A DNA stretch of 64,000 nucleotides from Malacoraja senta (Eukaryota): contig CM075987.1 in the NCBI GenBank assembly GCA_038087875.1, forward strand, positions 22,196,001 through 22,260,000, given 5' to 3'. The notes under the pieces are model-generated. The model saw nothing but the letters and a program-made list of their open reading frames with translations, ran no database searches and was not told the DNA's origin. Position numbers and translations under genes: made by a program. Positions 37,660 through 50,861 of this stretch are shown one piece after another. Position 1 is the stretch's first letter. The number at the start of each line of letters is the position of its first letter.

Positions 37660-38220
37660 GGGGGGGGGGGGGGGCGCAGAGCTCCCAGCCCCACACGTGG
37701 TGTGCCAGCGATTGGCCGAGTACTCTGCCTTCATGCTGCTTGCTCTCTCTGCTCCCGCAACTGGAAACACAACGCGTGACACCAGCTCACTGGGTAAGCT
37801 GGCGGAAGTGGGGGGAGGTGCAACGGTTGCCTCGTACCGTTACCAGGGGACTGATGGACTGGGCTGGATCTACCATAGTAGATGTAACCCAGTCCATCAC
37901 ACAGACCAGACTCCCCACTATTGACTTCATGCTGCCTCAGAAAAGCATAATCAAAGACTTGTCCCACCCCGGTCATTCCTTCTCGCACCGTTACCAGGCA
38001 TCCGAGGCACATGTTGCCAGAATGACGTGGATACAGTGGCACACACTGCGTCTGCATCCAACGCTTTGTGGCGACTGCTGCAAACCCGTGCCTGATGCAA
38101 CGTCCTTCATCAGTGTTTTACTGCTCACTCTCTGCTCGATGCCGCCTTTCCGTTGCTCAACACTGCACTGTGCGGCACCTGCCAACCGTCACCACGAGTG
38201 GACGCTTCGGTCCAGATCTA
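37660..38220 (+). promoter_or_regulatory. CpG-rich promoter-like patch
   Basis: Unique-looking CpG-dense sequence with E-box CACGTG, inverted CCAAT, ETS GCGGAAGT, RFX-like GTTACCAGGGGAC and a TGG|GTAAGC donor at 37793/37794. Confidence 0.3.
37848..37986 (+). mobile_element. Short insert containing a Rex/Babar internal fragment, between direct repeats
   Basis: Inverted homologue of ~37440-37535; flanked by ACCGTTACCAGG at 37836-37847 and 37987-37998. Confidence 0.65.
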
Positions 38221-38264
38221 GATCTCATTTTAATCTTAGATAACCTTCCTCGCCTTTCCCTATA

Positions 38265-39170
38265 CCAACAATTTTAATGCTGTCTGCAAATTTACAAACC
38301 ATGCCATCTACATTCACATCTAAATCGTTACTGTAAATAATGATCAACAGTGGACCCAACACTGATCCCTGTGGTACACCACTCATTACAGGCTTCTAGT
38401 CTGAAAAATTATCCTCTACTACCTCCGTCTGTCTGCTACCTTCAAGCCAATTTTGTATCCTTTTAGCTAGCTCACCTTGGATCCTATGTGATCTAGCCTA
38501 CCAGAGCAGCCCACCATGTGCTACCTTGTCAAAGGCCTTGCTAAAGTCCATATGAACAATGACTATTGCACTGCCATCATCAATGTCCTTGGTTACTCCT
38601 TCAAAAAACTCAATCAAATTTGTGAGATATAACTTCCCACGCACAGAGCCATGCTGACTATCCATAATCAGTACTTGCCTTTCCAAATGCATGTAGATCC
38701 TGTCTCTGAGAATTCCCTCCAATATCTTACTGACCACTGATATTAGGCTCACTGGTCTGTAGTTCTCAGGCTTTTCCTTGCTGCCTTTCGTAAATAAAGG
38801 CACAACCTTAGCCAACCTCCAAACTTCCTGCTCCTTACACATATGCATTGATGATATGAACATTGCCACCATGGGCACTGAAATTGTTTCCCAACTGCCC
38901 ACAATGTCCTAGGATGCACTTCATCAAATCCTGGGAATTTGTCTACCTTTTAAGATCTCCCGCCTTCTGTAATATGGATTCTCTTAAAGACATCATTATT
39001 TACTTCCCTCAGTTCCCAGCATCCATGTCTTTCTCCACAGTAAATACACACAAGAAATACTAATTTAACCCTCACCCATGTCACGTGGCTCCACACATAG
39101 ATGTTCTTGTTAATCTTGAAGGAACCGCAACCTCTCCCTAATTACTCCTTTGCCCTTATCTTTATTAAGT
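38265..39170 (-). mobile_element. CR1 RT-domain fragment
   Basis: ORF 38498-38902: VVPLFTKGSKEKPENYRPVSLISVVSKILE...SQHG...MDFSKAFDKV. Confidence 0.9.
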
Positions 39171-39917
39171 CTTCCTTGAATCTTCTATAATGTGAACAAT
39201 CCCAGCTTCTTTCTCTACCTTTCTTTGGCCTGAAATTTTAGCTTTCCTGTGATGCTACTTGGCCAGCTGAGTTTTTCCAGCATTTTCTGGTTTTATTTGT
39301 GGGAAACCTGAATTGAACTCTATACCCAACTAGAAGTCAAAGCTCTTTAGGAAACTGTGAAAATCCAAAGAGGATGTTAAAGTGGTTCCAGGAATCGGGG
39401 ATTTGAGATACGAGGATAAACTAAAGGACCTGGAATTGGCCTTCCAGGAGTGAACAATGTTGAGAAGAAATTGACAGGATTAGAAAAAGGAGAGTGAGAG
39501 AAACCATTCCCACTATTGAAGGACAAAAAGAACAAGAAGCAGATTTAAAATGATTGGCAAAAAATCCAATGTGGATTGAGACCAGTTAAGATCTGGAATG
39601 CACAGTTTGAATGTGGGGTGTGCAGACAAACACATTTTCTCAAGCTGATTGTAGAAATATTGCAGTTCTCTCAGGAAAAAGTAGAGGTTTGGACTGACTG
39701 GATTATGCTCCAAAAAGCTGCAAAGAACAACACAACCATCCAATGTTATGGGAGGAGTTTAAGTGGAATGGAAAAAAGTCACAGGTTATTGTTAAATTCC
39801 ACGATGGCCTTCTGATAGTGACATCTTGGAGACATGAGTAGATGATCCATTTGTCCTTTATGTGGTTCAGACTGATCTGCTTGTGAATAGTTAATCCAGT
39901 TGCCTATTGTATCCAGT

Positions 39918-40283
39918 GTTAGAGTCATAGAGACATACAGCGTGGAAACAGGCCCTTTGGCCCAACTTGCCCAAACTGACCATCATATCCCATCTACACT
40001 TGTACCACCTACCACCTTGTTTGGCCCCTATCTCTCCAAACCCGTCCTATCCATGTACCTGTCTAATTGTTTCTTAAATGTTGTAATAGTCCCACCCTCA
40101 ACTACCTCCTCTGGCAGCTCGTTCCATACACCCACCACCCTTTTTGTGAATAGGTTACCCCTCAGATTCCTATTAAATCTTTCCCCCTTCGCCTTAAACC
40201 TACTGTATGTCCTCTGGTTCTCAATTCCCCTACTATGGGCAAGAGACTCTGTGCATCTACCCGATCTATTCCTCTCATGATTC
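39918..40283 (-). mobile_element. CR1 3' end
   Basis: Reverse complement closely resembles 26710-27060. Confidence 0.9.
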
Positions 40284-41668
40284 CTTCAGGGGAGTTGAGA
40301 TGAGGCCCATACCAGGGGAGCCAGCTGGAATGAAGGAAAGCAATGGTTTTCTGAGGACGTAGACATCAAAGTTAGAGGCGAGGGTGTAACTGAGAAGATC
40401 AAGTTGGGTGTGAAGTGGGAGAAAATATTTATTTTATTTTTTGGGGATATAGAAAGAATTGTACAGCAAACTAACTGCATGGGCATTTCTACTGACCTCA
40501 GCTTTTTTTTTAAATTGAATTCACATGTTGTCATGTTGTCATGTTGTCAAACTCACACATTTCTGTGTGTTATTACTCTAAGGTCATTAAATTGTTATTC
40601 TTGTAACACGAGCTATGCAGCCATATTATACCCAATATGGCTTGCATGTTGGCACTATTTAATTCAGATACCAGGGTACTGAAGTTGTGAATGGGAGACG
40701 GCAAAGTAGGCAGAACTAAATCTGACTCCTGGCGTAGAGTCCTGAACTTTCCGTGTGAATCTGTGCCTGTCACTGGGATACATTATATGCCAAGAGCCAG
40801 TCACATGGAATGCTCATTAAACAGTGCTCCTGTAAAGCAGTTTATCAATAAAGGTGAGTGGTTTATACTCCTGCGTTTATACTAAGTGACTCCTGCGTTT
40901 CTGCAAGAACTTGCATTGATGTGAGGATTTACTAATGTAAATGCCCCAAATTTTATTTCACAGAAGCATTATTTCACATAGATTTACACTGAGCCACATT
41001 TGGAACCACTCAATAGGTGACCAAATGATTGGTTAAAAAGAGGTTTTAAAGATCACCTTGAAAGAGGAGTTTGGAAAGGGAATTTTAGAGCTTTGGACCG
41101 TGACAACTGAAAGCGCAGTGTCCAATTAGTGTGGTAAAGGAAACTGGCAATATGGAGGAGATCAACATATACCTACAGAGGACTTGGAGGGGTCTAAGCA
41201 AAGATGGGAATTTTTTAATTAAACCTTAGTTGGACCAGGAACCAGAGTAGTTCATTAAAGAAAGTACAAATACCAAAACCATTGCAGACGCAGTAAACTT
41301 GGTTCACAGTCATTCTGCTTTCCCTCTTGTGAGGTTGCTGACATACTGAGATATGGTCATCCAGGGAAAGTGTATTTTATGAAAAATTATCAGCCTCTGT
41401 GAGCAAGGCATTGCAGATATTGAGTATGGTTCTTGCCCGTATGTATGCAAACTTGCATCAGGAATTATTTAATAGCAATTAGTATTGGAAAGCTGACTGC
41501 TAATTTTTTTCACCTTCTTTTCTCTGACTGGGCCTATTTTAAGTGCCACCTCACCACTGACTTTGGTTAACAAAATCTTAGAATTTTATTTGGAATCCCA
41601 TAAGACTGGCACTATGTGATCACTGAGCCTATGCAGCCTTCTCATTGTTTGGTTTATTCTCGTTACAG

Positions 41669-41820
41669 CCGTAATGTCAATACAAGCAGGAAGATAAAAC
41701 CCAAAGCTGAAGGGGATTTAAAGGAGGGCCATGGCTCAATACAAGACGTTCCATCATCTGCATTCTTTCCACATAAAATAGCAGCCTACACTCAATACAG
41801 ACAAGGATGTTTGAACGCTG
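41669..41820 (+). other. Candidate spliced exon (152 nt) of an unidentified transcript
   Basis: Long pyrimidine tract ending TTCTCGTTACAG; donor CTG|GTAAGT; one fully open frame RNVNTSRK...QGCLNA; non-repetitive surroundings. No protein recognised. Confidence 0.35.
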
Positions 41821-43799
41821 GTAAGTTTGCCATGTGATAATTCATCTTTGATTACCACTCCACACAGCTGGTAGAAAAGAAATGTATGGCAGCCCAGTTT
41901 CCCTAATCAAGGCCTTAACTCAAGTGCTCTGTTTGCATCATCATTTGAACCCAGTGTTCAGCAGCAGAAGTTAATGGGAGACTGATAACCTAATTGCTCT
42001 CATCTTAAATATACCAGTGTCTACCACCCCACTTGGAGCTAAATTAGCTCCTATTCAGTTCATGCTGTCAGACAGAGCAGCTGTAGATTAACAGCACTTC
42101 AGCACAGGGCCGGCATTCAACACCGAGGCTCCATTGTGACATTCTGGGAGTGGTTCATTTTATAATTTAAAATAATATTTATTTATTACAGATATAATGT
42201 AAACAATGGAAATCTCTGCCACAAAATGCTTTTCTTACCTCAATCCAAATGAGCTTTTCTCAGGTTTTATTTGAAATTATGGAGTGAGTGGAAGGGTTAT
42301 AACATGCTGATTGTATCAGACAAAGAATAAGCTCAAATCAGATTAGAATTATTGTCAAATATATCAGCATTCAATAAATTCCTTGTTCACATGAAGCTCA
42401 CAAATCAGACATAGTATGTAATGATGGGTGCAACACAGCAGAATGCTGCAACATCATAGTGCAATCTGAAGTAGGGTGAATATAACATTAAAGTCCATTA
42501 ATGGAATAACTGAATGAGGTAGAGTTAGGACAGAGTACATGGCAGAGTCTCTGGGAAGTGGGTGTGAAAGAGATAATTGATTCAGGAGTGATAGAGGTGG
42601 GGAAGAAGAAGGATTGGATAAGAAGAGAAACAATAATGAAAAGAAATGACAATAAGTTGCCCTTACCTAACATTGTACGCTAAAAATCTCAGATCTCTGT
42701 CCTCCAATCATTGATTGTTTTACCAGTGAAAACATGTTTTCTCCATTTACTTCAAATTCCTTATAACGTTCAACATTTCTCTTAAATCTCCACCTAGCTT
42801 TCTTTGCAGAATAATTACAGCTTTTACAGTTTCACCAAATGATATGGAAGAGAGCAGTTCTACTCTGTGAATGTCCACAGAGGCTGTTAACTTGGGACAT
42901 GTATGTTTGTGGATGATACTGAATGAGGTAAAAGGTTGTCAGCATCATAACAATATGAGCTAATTTGTCAGAGTAAATATCCTTCCTAATGTCTAAAATC
43001 ACTATACTAATTGCAGAGGGTTTCTCTGGGCTCCTCAAGGAAGCACTCCTTGGGATCAGGGAGTCCCACCTATGCTCTTGACTATGAATACCACAGAGCC
43101 CTTAACCTGTGGAACTACTTATCTGACTATGGGGATGATTCCTAAAAGCCCTGAAATCATCCTACTACTGCTGAAAATTCCTACTTGCAGCCAAATTATT
43201 AGCTCTATCTGTCTAGGGCTGGTGCCAAGGAGGAGGCAATTTTAGTTCCTCAAGCTTGGTCCACCATTCAATGAAATCATGGCTACTCTCTGATTTCTCC
43301 ATCCACCTAGCTTTTCCTGCACTGTCGGATTTACAGAAGAAAGTTCCAAATTTTTTAATACTTTCGTCTTTTAGAAGTGATACCTAACTTTGCTACTGCT
43401 AAGACATAATTCTGATTTTTAGACTTTTACCCCCTCGTCCTAGAACTCCAAACCAATAGAAATACCTTTGGCTTGAAAAATGTGCGTAAAAGTCTTGGAA
43501 AAGTAAAGTGTTGTGCTTCCTTTCCGGGTGTCTTAACAGCCTCAGGAAATCCCTCTATTTATTTTTCAGCTGCATTTTAATTGTCTGATGCAGTTTTCCT
43601 GCATAAAAGTCATTCCAAAGGAAGTCAATAATAACACAAAATTAATTTGCAGTGGGCTTTTCAATTAGTGGTCTGCAAATTAATAGTTCTGATTAGTTGA
43701 GAGCAACAGGCTTCACTCAATTCTTTTCCCCTGAAACCATACTGTTTAAAGGGCCAACATTCGAACACATTCTCAGTGACTTCCTACAAACACATGTAG

Positions 43800-44045
43800 A
43801 TTAGAGACACAAGGAACTGCAGAAGCTGGAATCATGTGTAGAACACAAAGTGCTGGAGTAACTCCACTGGTCAGCAGCATCTCCGGTGAATATGGATAGG
43901 TGACGTTTTGGGACGGGACCCTTCCTCAGACTGAATGTTGTAGGGGGAAGAAAAGATGTGCGGGTGGGACAAAGCCTGGCAAGTGATCGGTTAATATAGG
44001 TGAGGGGGGTTTCACCAGCAGATGGGTGGACAAATGCTCGAGATA
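43800..44045 (-). repeat. Penelope-derived terminal repeat fragment
   Basis: Same family as 1605-1850. Confidence 0.75.
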
Positions 44046-44254
44046 AATAGTAGTCAACGAAATGTGTAGATTAACTGTTTTCCCAGGGTTAGAGTTACTC
44101 TCCCAATTGGGAAGGCCTTGAGGCTCTCTACTTCTTTCTGCCACAAAGATCGGACCAGTTCCGCTCTACTTTGCTCTGACTCATCTTTCCTCTCAGTCAG
44201 CATGAGATAGAGGAGTACATATGTGGACATAGGTACCGGTATTGCGTTTGGAAG

Positions 44255-45330
44255 TTGGGAGGTCATGTTGCAGTAATATAAGACGTTGGTGAGGCCACAT
44301 TTAGAATATTGTGTGCAGTTTTGGGCACCACGTTATAGGAAAGATCTTGTCAAGTTGGAAAGCAGATAGAGACTCTATTCCTTGGAGCGCAAGAGGATGA
44401 GGGGTGATCTTATGGAGGGGCACAAAATCGTGAGAGGAATAGATCGGTTAAACGCACAGAGTCTCTTGCCTAGAGTAGGGGAATCGAGAACCAGAGGACA
44501 TAGGTTGAAGGTGAGGGGGGGAAAGATTTACTAGGAAGTTGAGGGGTAACTTTTTTTACACAAAGGATTGTGGGAGTCTGGAACGAGCTGTCAGAGGAAG
44601 TAGTTGAGACCATATTGCAACATTTAAGAAACATTTGGACAGGTACATGGATAAGATAGGTTTAGAGGGATGTGGGCCAAACACAGGCAGGTGGGTCTAG
44701 TGTAGATGGTACATGTTGGTCCACACCTGGAGTATTGTGTGCAGTTTTGGTCCCCTAATTTGAGGACCGACATTCTTGCTATTGAGGGAGTACCGCGTAG
44801 GTTTGCAAGGTTAATTCCTGGAATGACGGGACTGTCATATGCTGAGAGAATGGAGCGGCTCGGCTTGTATACTCTGGAGTTTAGAAGGATGAGAGGGAAT
44901 CTTATTGAAACGTATAAGATTATTAAGGGTTTGGACACGCTAGAGGCACAAAACATGTCCCCGATGTTGGGGGAGTCCAGAACCAGGGTCACAGTTTAAG
45001 AATAAGGGGTAAGCCATTTAGAACGGAGGCGAGGAAACACTTTTTCTCACAGAGAGTTGTGAGTCTGTGGAATTCTCTGCCTCAGAGGGCGGTGGAGGCA
45101 GGTTCTCTGTATACTTTCAAGAGAGAGCTAGATAGGGCTCTTAAAGATAGCGGAGTCAGGGGATATGGGGAGAAGGCAGGAACGGGGTACTGATTGGGAA
45201 TGATCAGCCATGATCACATTGAATGGCCTACTCCTGCACCTATTGTCTATTGTCTATTGGTCGGTGAGGGCAAGTTGGGCTGAAGAGCCTGTTTCCACGC
45301 TGTAGGACTCGACCACTCCATGACCATGAT
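44255..45330 (+). mobile_element. CR1 3' fragment with a second CR1 (44722-45256) nested in its 3' UTR
   Basis: Inner [17 protein letters not shown]...; inner tail (CTATTGT)n; TTGGTC duplicated at 44716-44721 and 45257-45262, after which the outer 3' UTR resumes. Confidence 0.85.
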
Positions 45331-47389
45331 TCAGCAAGTCTCTGCCCCATTTTGCTGGAGACTCAAAGGATTGCTCGCTGAAGCAAAATAATTCACTGGA
45401 AATATCGTCTCAGTCCTGGCCTTGGAGGTCAGGTGACAGCAGAGCTTTCACCACATTCAACGATTCATTGGCATAGTTCTGCCTGTTATCCCGACCTATT
45501 CAAAAACCAGCAATCCTTGGATCATTGAAGATCCTTTTAAGTAATACAGGCTGTGTTTATTCCTGCTGTTAAAGAGTAGATTTCCCAAGGATATTTAATA
45601 CAATGCATGAGCTGGATTATTATAGTGGTGTTTTGCAGGGCATTCAAATCAGCACTACACAAGAATTCACATCACAAACACTGCTACCACAATGTGTGTG
45701 CTATGCGATCCAATTTGTTGCGAGTTGTGCTAAATATATCTACTCGCATGAAGGAAAGCAACACCCATTGTAGTGTTAGAAATTGACATTATGTGGCCCA
45801 ATTTCACAGCCACTTATTTTAATTGCCTTTGTGATGTTTCTCTCGGGTGTTGCTCACATGAGTATCCCAGGGATTAATTATCAATTCCTGGAGATTCTGG
45901 TACAATCTTACATGGTCATCCTGTTTATTCACGAATCATAGGTGTAATCTCCTGGGGCATAAGGCACTATCATATCTTCGTTTTCCCAAGGATGCCTTGT
46001 CTGGATTGTTTCTATCTTGACGTCATATACACCTTACATATATTAAAAAAGAACAATTGTCAGAAATAGAGAACATAAGCTGTGGAGTGGGTCTAATTGG
46101 ACTGCTCTTACAATGAATAGGAACAAGCAGTATGGAATGCTTGGCCACCTCCTACCCTGTATGGTCTTATATCAATTTCTAAATACCGAGCGGCTGACAA
46201 TAAAAATAATAATTAAAAACTCAACTCCAACATAGACATCTTGGAACAGAAAATGAAAAAAAAATGGTCTTGATAGATTATGTAGAGAAAAATAAAGATT
46301 AGATCAATAAAATGGGGAGGGGAGGGAGGGGGGCAAGGGACAAGAAAGCAAGAAGCGTGGAAATAAATTGCTGTTGTATTTTTGCTTATTTTTGTAGCTT
46401 AGTCTTAATTATAAAATAGTAATGTCAGCTATATTGTTAGGGTAATGCTAGTATTTGTATCAATCAGAAAATTCAGTATAGACTGTGTCAAACCTTGGAC
46501 CTGGCTCTATGAAGGAAACTTTTCCACTAATTAGCTCTTTCATTTACTTTGCTACATGGAGCATTTTAATTGAAGACTTATTTTAATTGATTTTCATAAT
46601 CTGCAGAAATACAATGTGGGTTATACTTTTCACAGGATGCAAAACATGAGTAATTATTCGTAAATTCTTCCACCCATTCAACTTATCTCTGCACCTGTCT
46701 AATTCCGGGCTCTTGTGCTTCTGCATTTTTCATAGGTGGGTCATTGGCACCCATCCCTTCAGCTACAGAGGCCCAAACAATGGAATCCGTTCCCTAACAC
46801 ATTATACCTTCCTCTTCCCCTTTAAAATGCTGTTGAGAAACCGCTTCTTCACATTCCTACTCTCCAGAGATGCTGCCTGTCCCATTGAGTTACTCCAGCA
46901 TTTTGTGTCTATCTTCTTTATCCAAATGTTTGGTAAGTGGCTTATCTGTCTCCTCGTACAGCTTGTAAGTCATTTTACCATATTACAGACCTTACTTTAA
47001 GTTAGAGATACAAGGAACTGCAAATGCTAAAACCTTGTGGAAAAACACAAAGTGCTGGAGTAACACAGCAGGTTGGGCAGCATCTGTGGAAGGAATGGAT
47101 AGACAACATTTTGGGTCAGATAAGTCCCAAGCCAAAATGTCACAATCTTTTCCCTCCACAGATGCTGACCTGCTGAGTTACTCCAGCACGTTATTATTTT
47201 ATGTTAATTTGTTGTTCTTAAAAAAGATTGCTCAGACCCAAGCAGCTGTGGGTGGAAGGGCATTGCAAAGAATGCTAGACTCAAAGGACAATTTTATTAC
47301 TAACTACAAATAGTGACAATAGTGACTGAGGAATAATGACCCTTACAGATGATTGACTACAAACAAAAGTATACCTGAAATCTCTTGTT

Positions 47390-48183
47390 TAGATTAACAT
47401 CACTCCATACAGCATATAATCCTCCAACATTTTTGCCTACTCCAACGGGATCCCACTACTGACTACTTCTTCCCATCTCCACCCCTTTCTGCTTTCCAAA
47501 GAGACCATTCCCTCTGCAACTCCCTGGTCAACTCGTCCCTTCCCACCCAAACCACCCCCTCTCCAGGTACTTTCCCCTGCAACCGCAGGAGGTGCAACAC
47601 CTGTCCCTTTACCTCCCCCCTCGACTCCATCCAAGGACCCCAACAGTCTTTTCAGGTGAGGCAGAGGTTCACTTGCACCTCCTCCAACCTCATTTACTGT
47701 ATCCGCTGTTCCAGGTGTCAACTCCTGTTCATCGGCGAGAAGAAGCGCAGGCTCGGCGATCGTTTCGCTGAACACCTCCGCTCAGTCCGCCTTAACCTAC
47801 CTGATCTCCCAGTTGCTCAGCACTTTAATTCCCCCTCCCATTCCAAATCTGACCTTTCTGTCCTGGGCCTCCTCCATTGTCAGAGTGAGGCCCAGCGCAA
47901 ATTGGAGGAACAGTACCTCATATTTTGCTTGGGTAGCTTACATCCCAGCAGTATGAACATTGACCTCTAACTTCAAATAGCCCTTGCTTTCCCTCTCTCT
48001 CCATCCCCTTCCCCTTCCCAGTTCTCCCACCAGTGTTACTGTCTCTGACTACATTCTATCTCTGTCCCGCCCACTCCTTTGGCATCAATCGGGAAGAAGG
48101 GTCTCGACCCGAAACGTCACCCATTCCTTCTCTCCAGAGATGCTGCTTGTCCTGCTGAGTTACTCCAGCATTTTGTGTCTATC
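47390..48183 (+). mobile_element. Penelope-like element 3' portion: GIY-YIG endonuclease plus terminal repeat
   Basis: FPCNRRRCNTCP linker, then FTCTSSNLIYCIRCSRCQLLFIGEKKRRLGDRFAEH...VAQHFN...RKLEEQYLIFCLGSLHPSSMN, the canonical Penelope GIY-YIG domain. Confidence 0.92.
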
Positions 48184-48892
48184 ACCTCATACAACATACA
48201 GCTTTCAGTTAAATGAACATATTCCTTCTCCTACAGTTTAGTTGGATTGCGATACAGCTTTGCATGAAATAGCTCTATCAATGATTTAGATGTATATTTT
48301 TAGGTCTGTATTGACTCATAAAAGTAATCTAACAGCAGGTAAAATCCTCAATTCCAAACACTGGGAATTGCTTTTATTGGGAAGGATGTCATGATATTTT
48401 TCTCACTGTTCTTTTGTTAAAATATTCTCTCAGCAAATTAGTTAAAGTAAGCCATGCATCAAAAACCTGATATAATTGTGAAAGTGAATGTTGATTAATC
48501 AAGAGTGGGATGTAAAACCTGCATTCTAATAATATCATGTTTCCCATTCTATAAATTGAGTAAAAATGTTAGAAGGATTCTGATCATTGGAGGTATCACA
48601 AACTTAATTGTGTTCTTGCTGCCATGCAAAATAAGTGGAGTTTCAGAATCAGTGGCTGATTTTTCTCCTCCTTAGCCTGCAGGATAGAAGCTAAATGAGG
48701 TGGCACACCTGCTGCACCATTTGAGATCCACTCACAGAATAAACTGGAAATTGGAGCCGTCTTTATCACATTGCAGGGGGGCAGCCACAATTCATTGTGA
48801 CGTGCCCATTCTGTCCTTAAAAATGCCTCCTGACCAAGATCTGGTGTGCTTTTTTTTATGAAACTAGTCATTTGGGAAATAATGTCCATGAT

Positions 48893-50570
48893 GATGCCAA
48901 GTATTGACATTGTCCTTTGTTTTTTTGGGTACATAAAACCCAGACAATCCAGCACGCCCAGACGTTTGGTGACAGACTGACAAATTTCTGGACTATTGAA
49001 TGTCATTTATATTAATACCCCAACACATTTTTGGTATTCACTTATTTTAAACGTTGCATTGTAATTTAATTTCCGAGTGAACCCGATAAGTTGAAAGGGA
49101 GGGAGCCCAGGAAAATGTGGCCAGTTTGAAGAGAGCATGGAACAAGGGAGTTGAATGAGAGTGAGAAGTGGGGCCATGGTGGGTGGTAGGGAATGTGGGA
49201 GCTGGGGACCCTTGCAAATAAGAACAAAGTGTGGGAAAGGGGCCCTGGTGAGTGGAAGGCAGCCTGGGAACTGGGGGGTCTTGCAGGTTGGAAGGAATTG
49301 CAGAAACTGGGGCCCCGGAAACTGGGGACCTGGCATGTCAGAGGACGTGGGGGAAACCGGGTCCAGATAATTGGAAAGGCAGCATGGAAACCAATGCCCT
49401 GGCAACTGGAGAGTTGAAATGGAGAGTTGAACTGAGGCGCGGGCGAGTGGAAAGGAGCGCAACAAATATTACTGGTAGTGAGATGGATACCGAACCATCG
49501 AGACAAATGGTCGGATAGCAGATTATTGAAGTCTTACTGTACAAGCTATAAAAGAGAAAAGGATTTTTGCAATATGGTCACAGTTGTAATAACTTCATAA
49601 TAAGATAGGAGAATTTTAGAAAAATATTGGCACCAAGTACCAATCACAAACTTCGCCCAAGGTATTGAATCTCGCAAACTTGATCCAGTCCATGGCTGTT
49701 ATTTTGGTATAAACTACGGAATAGGTGTATTATTAAAACTGTGTATGTTGCACATGCCCACTGTGTGTGGAGTAGTTAGAAGTTAGCTTAGAAGATATTG
49801 TGATAAGGGACGGGTGTTAATATGCAGAGGAGAATGGACTATATGTAAGAATGAAAGACCATACTGTTTGTGGTCGTTCTTGTACCATAGACCTGCCTGC
49901 TATATCTTCAGAGCACATGCACCACTCCATGCCAATCTAGTTACTACATTGTCAAAGTCATATACTAACAGGGTATGTACTTAACTACCATCATCATCTG
50001 TACACTACAGACAGGAAAAAAATAATAAACAGCATAAAATTGTATGTTAGAAACTGTTGCTTCATTGCAATAAAGGCTATACTCAGTTGCTAAAAGAGTG
50101 TTTGCATAATGACAACTAGATCCCAGTCAGAAAAAAAGATAGCAGTGTACTTTCCTTCTCTGCTTTTTATATTTTAAGGTTTGGCCAACTTATTAGATGG
50201 AAGTCTTTGGAGATATATTACAACTTTTCATTTTGTCAATGTGAATTCCCGCTAGTCACTTAATTGGTGCTTTTGTGGTAATGGGAAAGCAAGTATGAAG
50301 GTTTGCATAATTTCAATGTCACGTTGACATTTAGTCTTTATTGCAGTTTATTGTCCTGATTGTTAGTGATTCCATCACTAAGTTGGAAATCTTCTTACGA
50401 TATTAGTCTTATTTTTGTTAATGGCATCTACGCTAGGAAAGAGGAAACTTTTAGATGTTTAATCTTTTCAATCACAGCAAAAAAAATTGGTGCCTGTCTA
50501 AAAGCCCTGGAGAATAGAGGGGCGAAGGAGGTGGTTGATTTCAGTATGAGGGTAAGTGCAAGAAATTATT
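48893..50570 (+). pseudogene. Possible decayed MADF/Myb-SANT-like gene of a Harbinger transposon
   Basis: VQAIKEK...W and S**DRRILEKYWHQV (cf. MADF YKDRxxKxxAWxEV) at ~49540-49640; YVRMK..CG..EHM..MP at ~49840-49935; EETF...LKALENRGAKEVVDFSM at ~50440-50550 (BESS-like tail). Stops and frameshifts throughout. Confidence 0.35.
48932..49539. mobile_element. Old Tc1/mariner-pogo (Tigger-like) non-autonomous element with an internal degenerate tandem repeat
   Basis: TA at both flanks; decayed TIRs CA-TAAAACCCAGACAATC vs CAGTAAGACTTCAATAATC; internal GGAACTGGGG-type repeats at ~49130-49450. Confidence 0.45.
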
Positions 50571-50861
50571 TGGGTTTGGCAAACATCAATCCTTTGATCT
50601 GGGGACAGGCACGGTGATTAATGGGACAAACAAGTTATCCCAGCACTAAAGAAATATTTTATGTAAGTATGAAGAAAGAGTTTCATTTATCTCAAAAGAA
50701 CAAAGTTGTTCATTAGGTAGAAATGATTAACCGTGTCTCTAGGCCAAAGCAATATAATTTGGGATGTGCGTGTCTGCAGGAACGTTAGCCAACCTATAAC
50801 TTCAGGAGTATTGTTCGGTATATTGTCAATGTAGCCGGGTGAGACTGTACTGGACCAAATC

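Noticed and set aside
37470-38243. 257-aa ORF
   Set aside because: Chance read-through of antisense Rex, poly-G, GC-rich DNA and a Rex fragment; no coherent domain.
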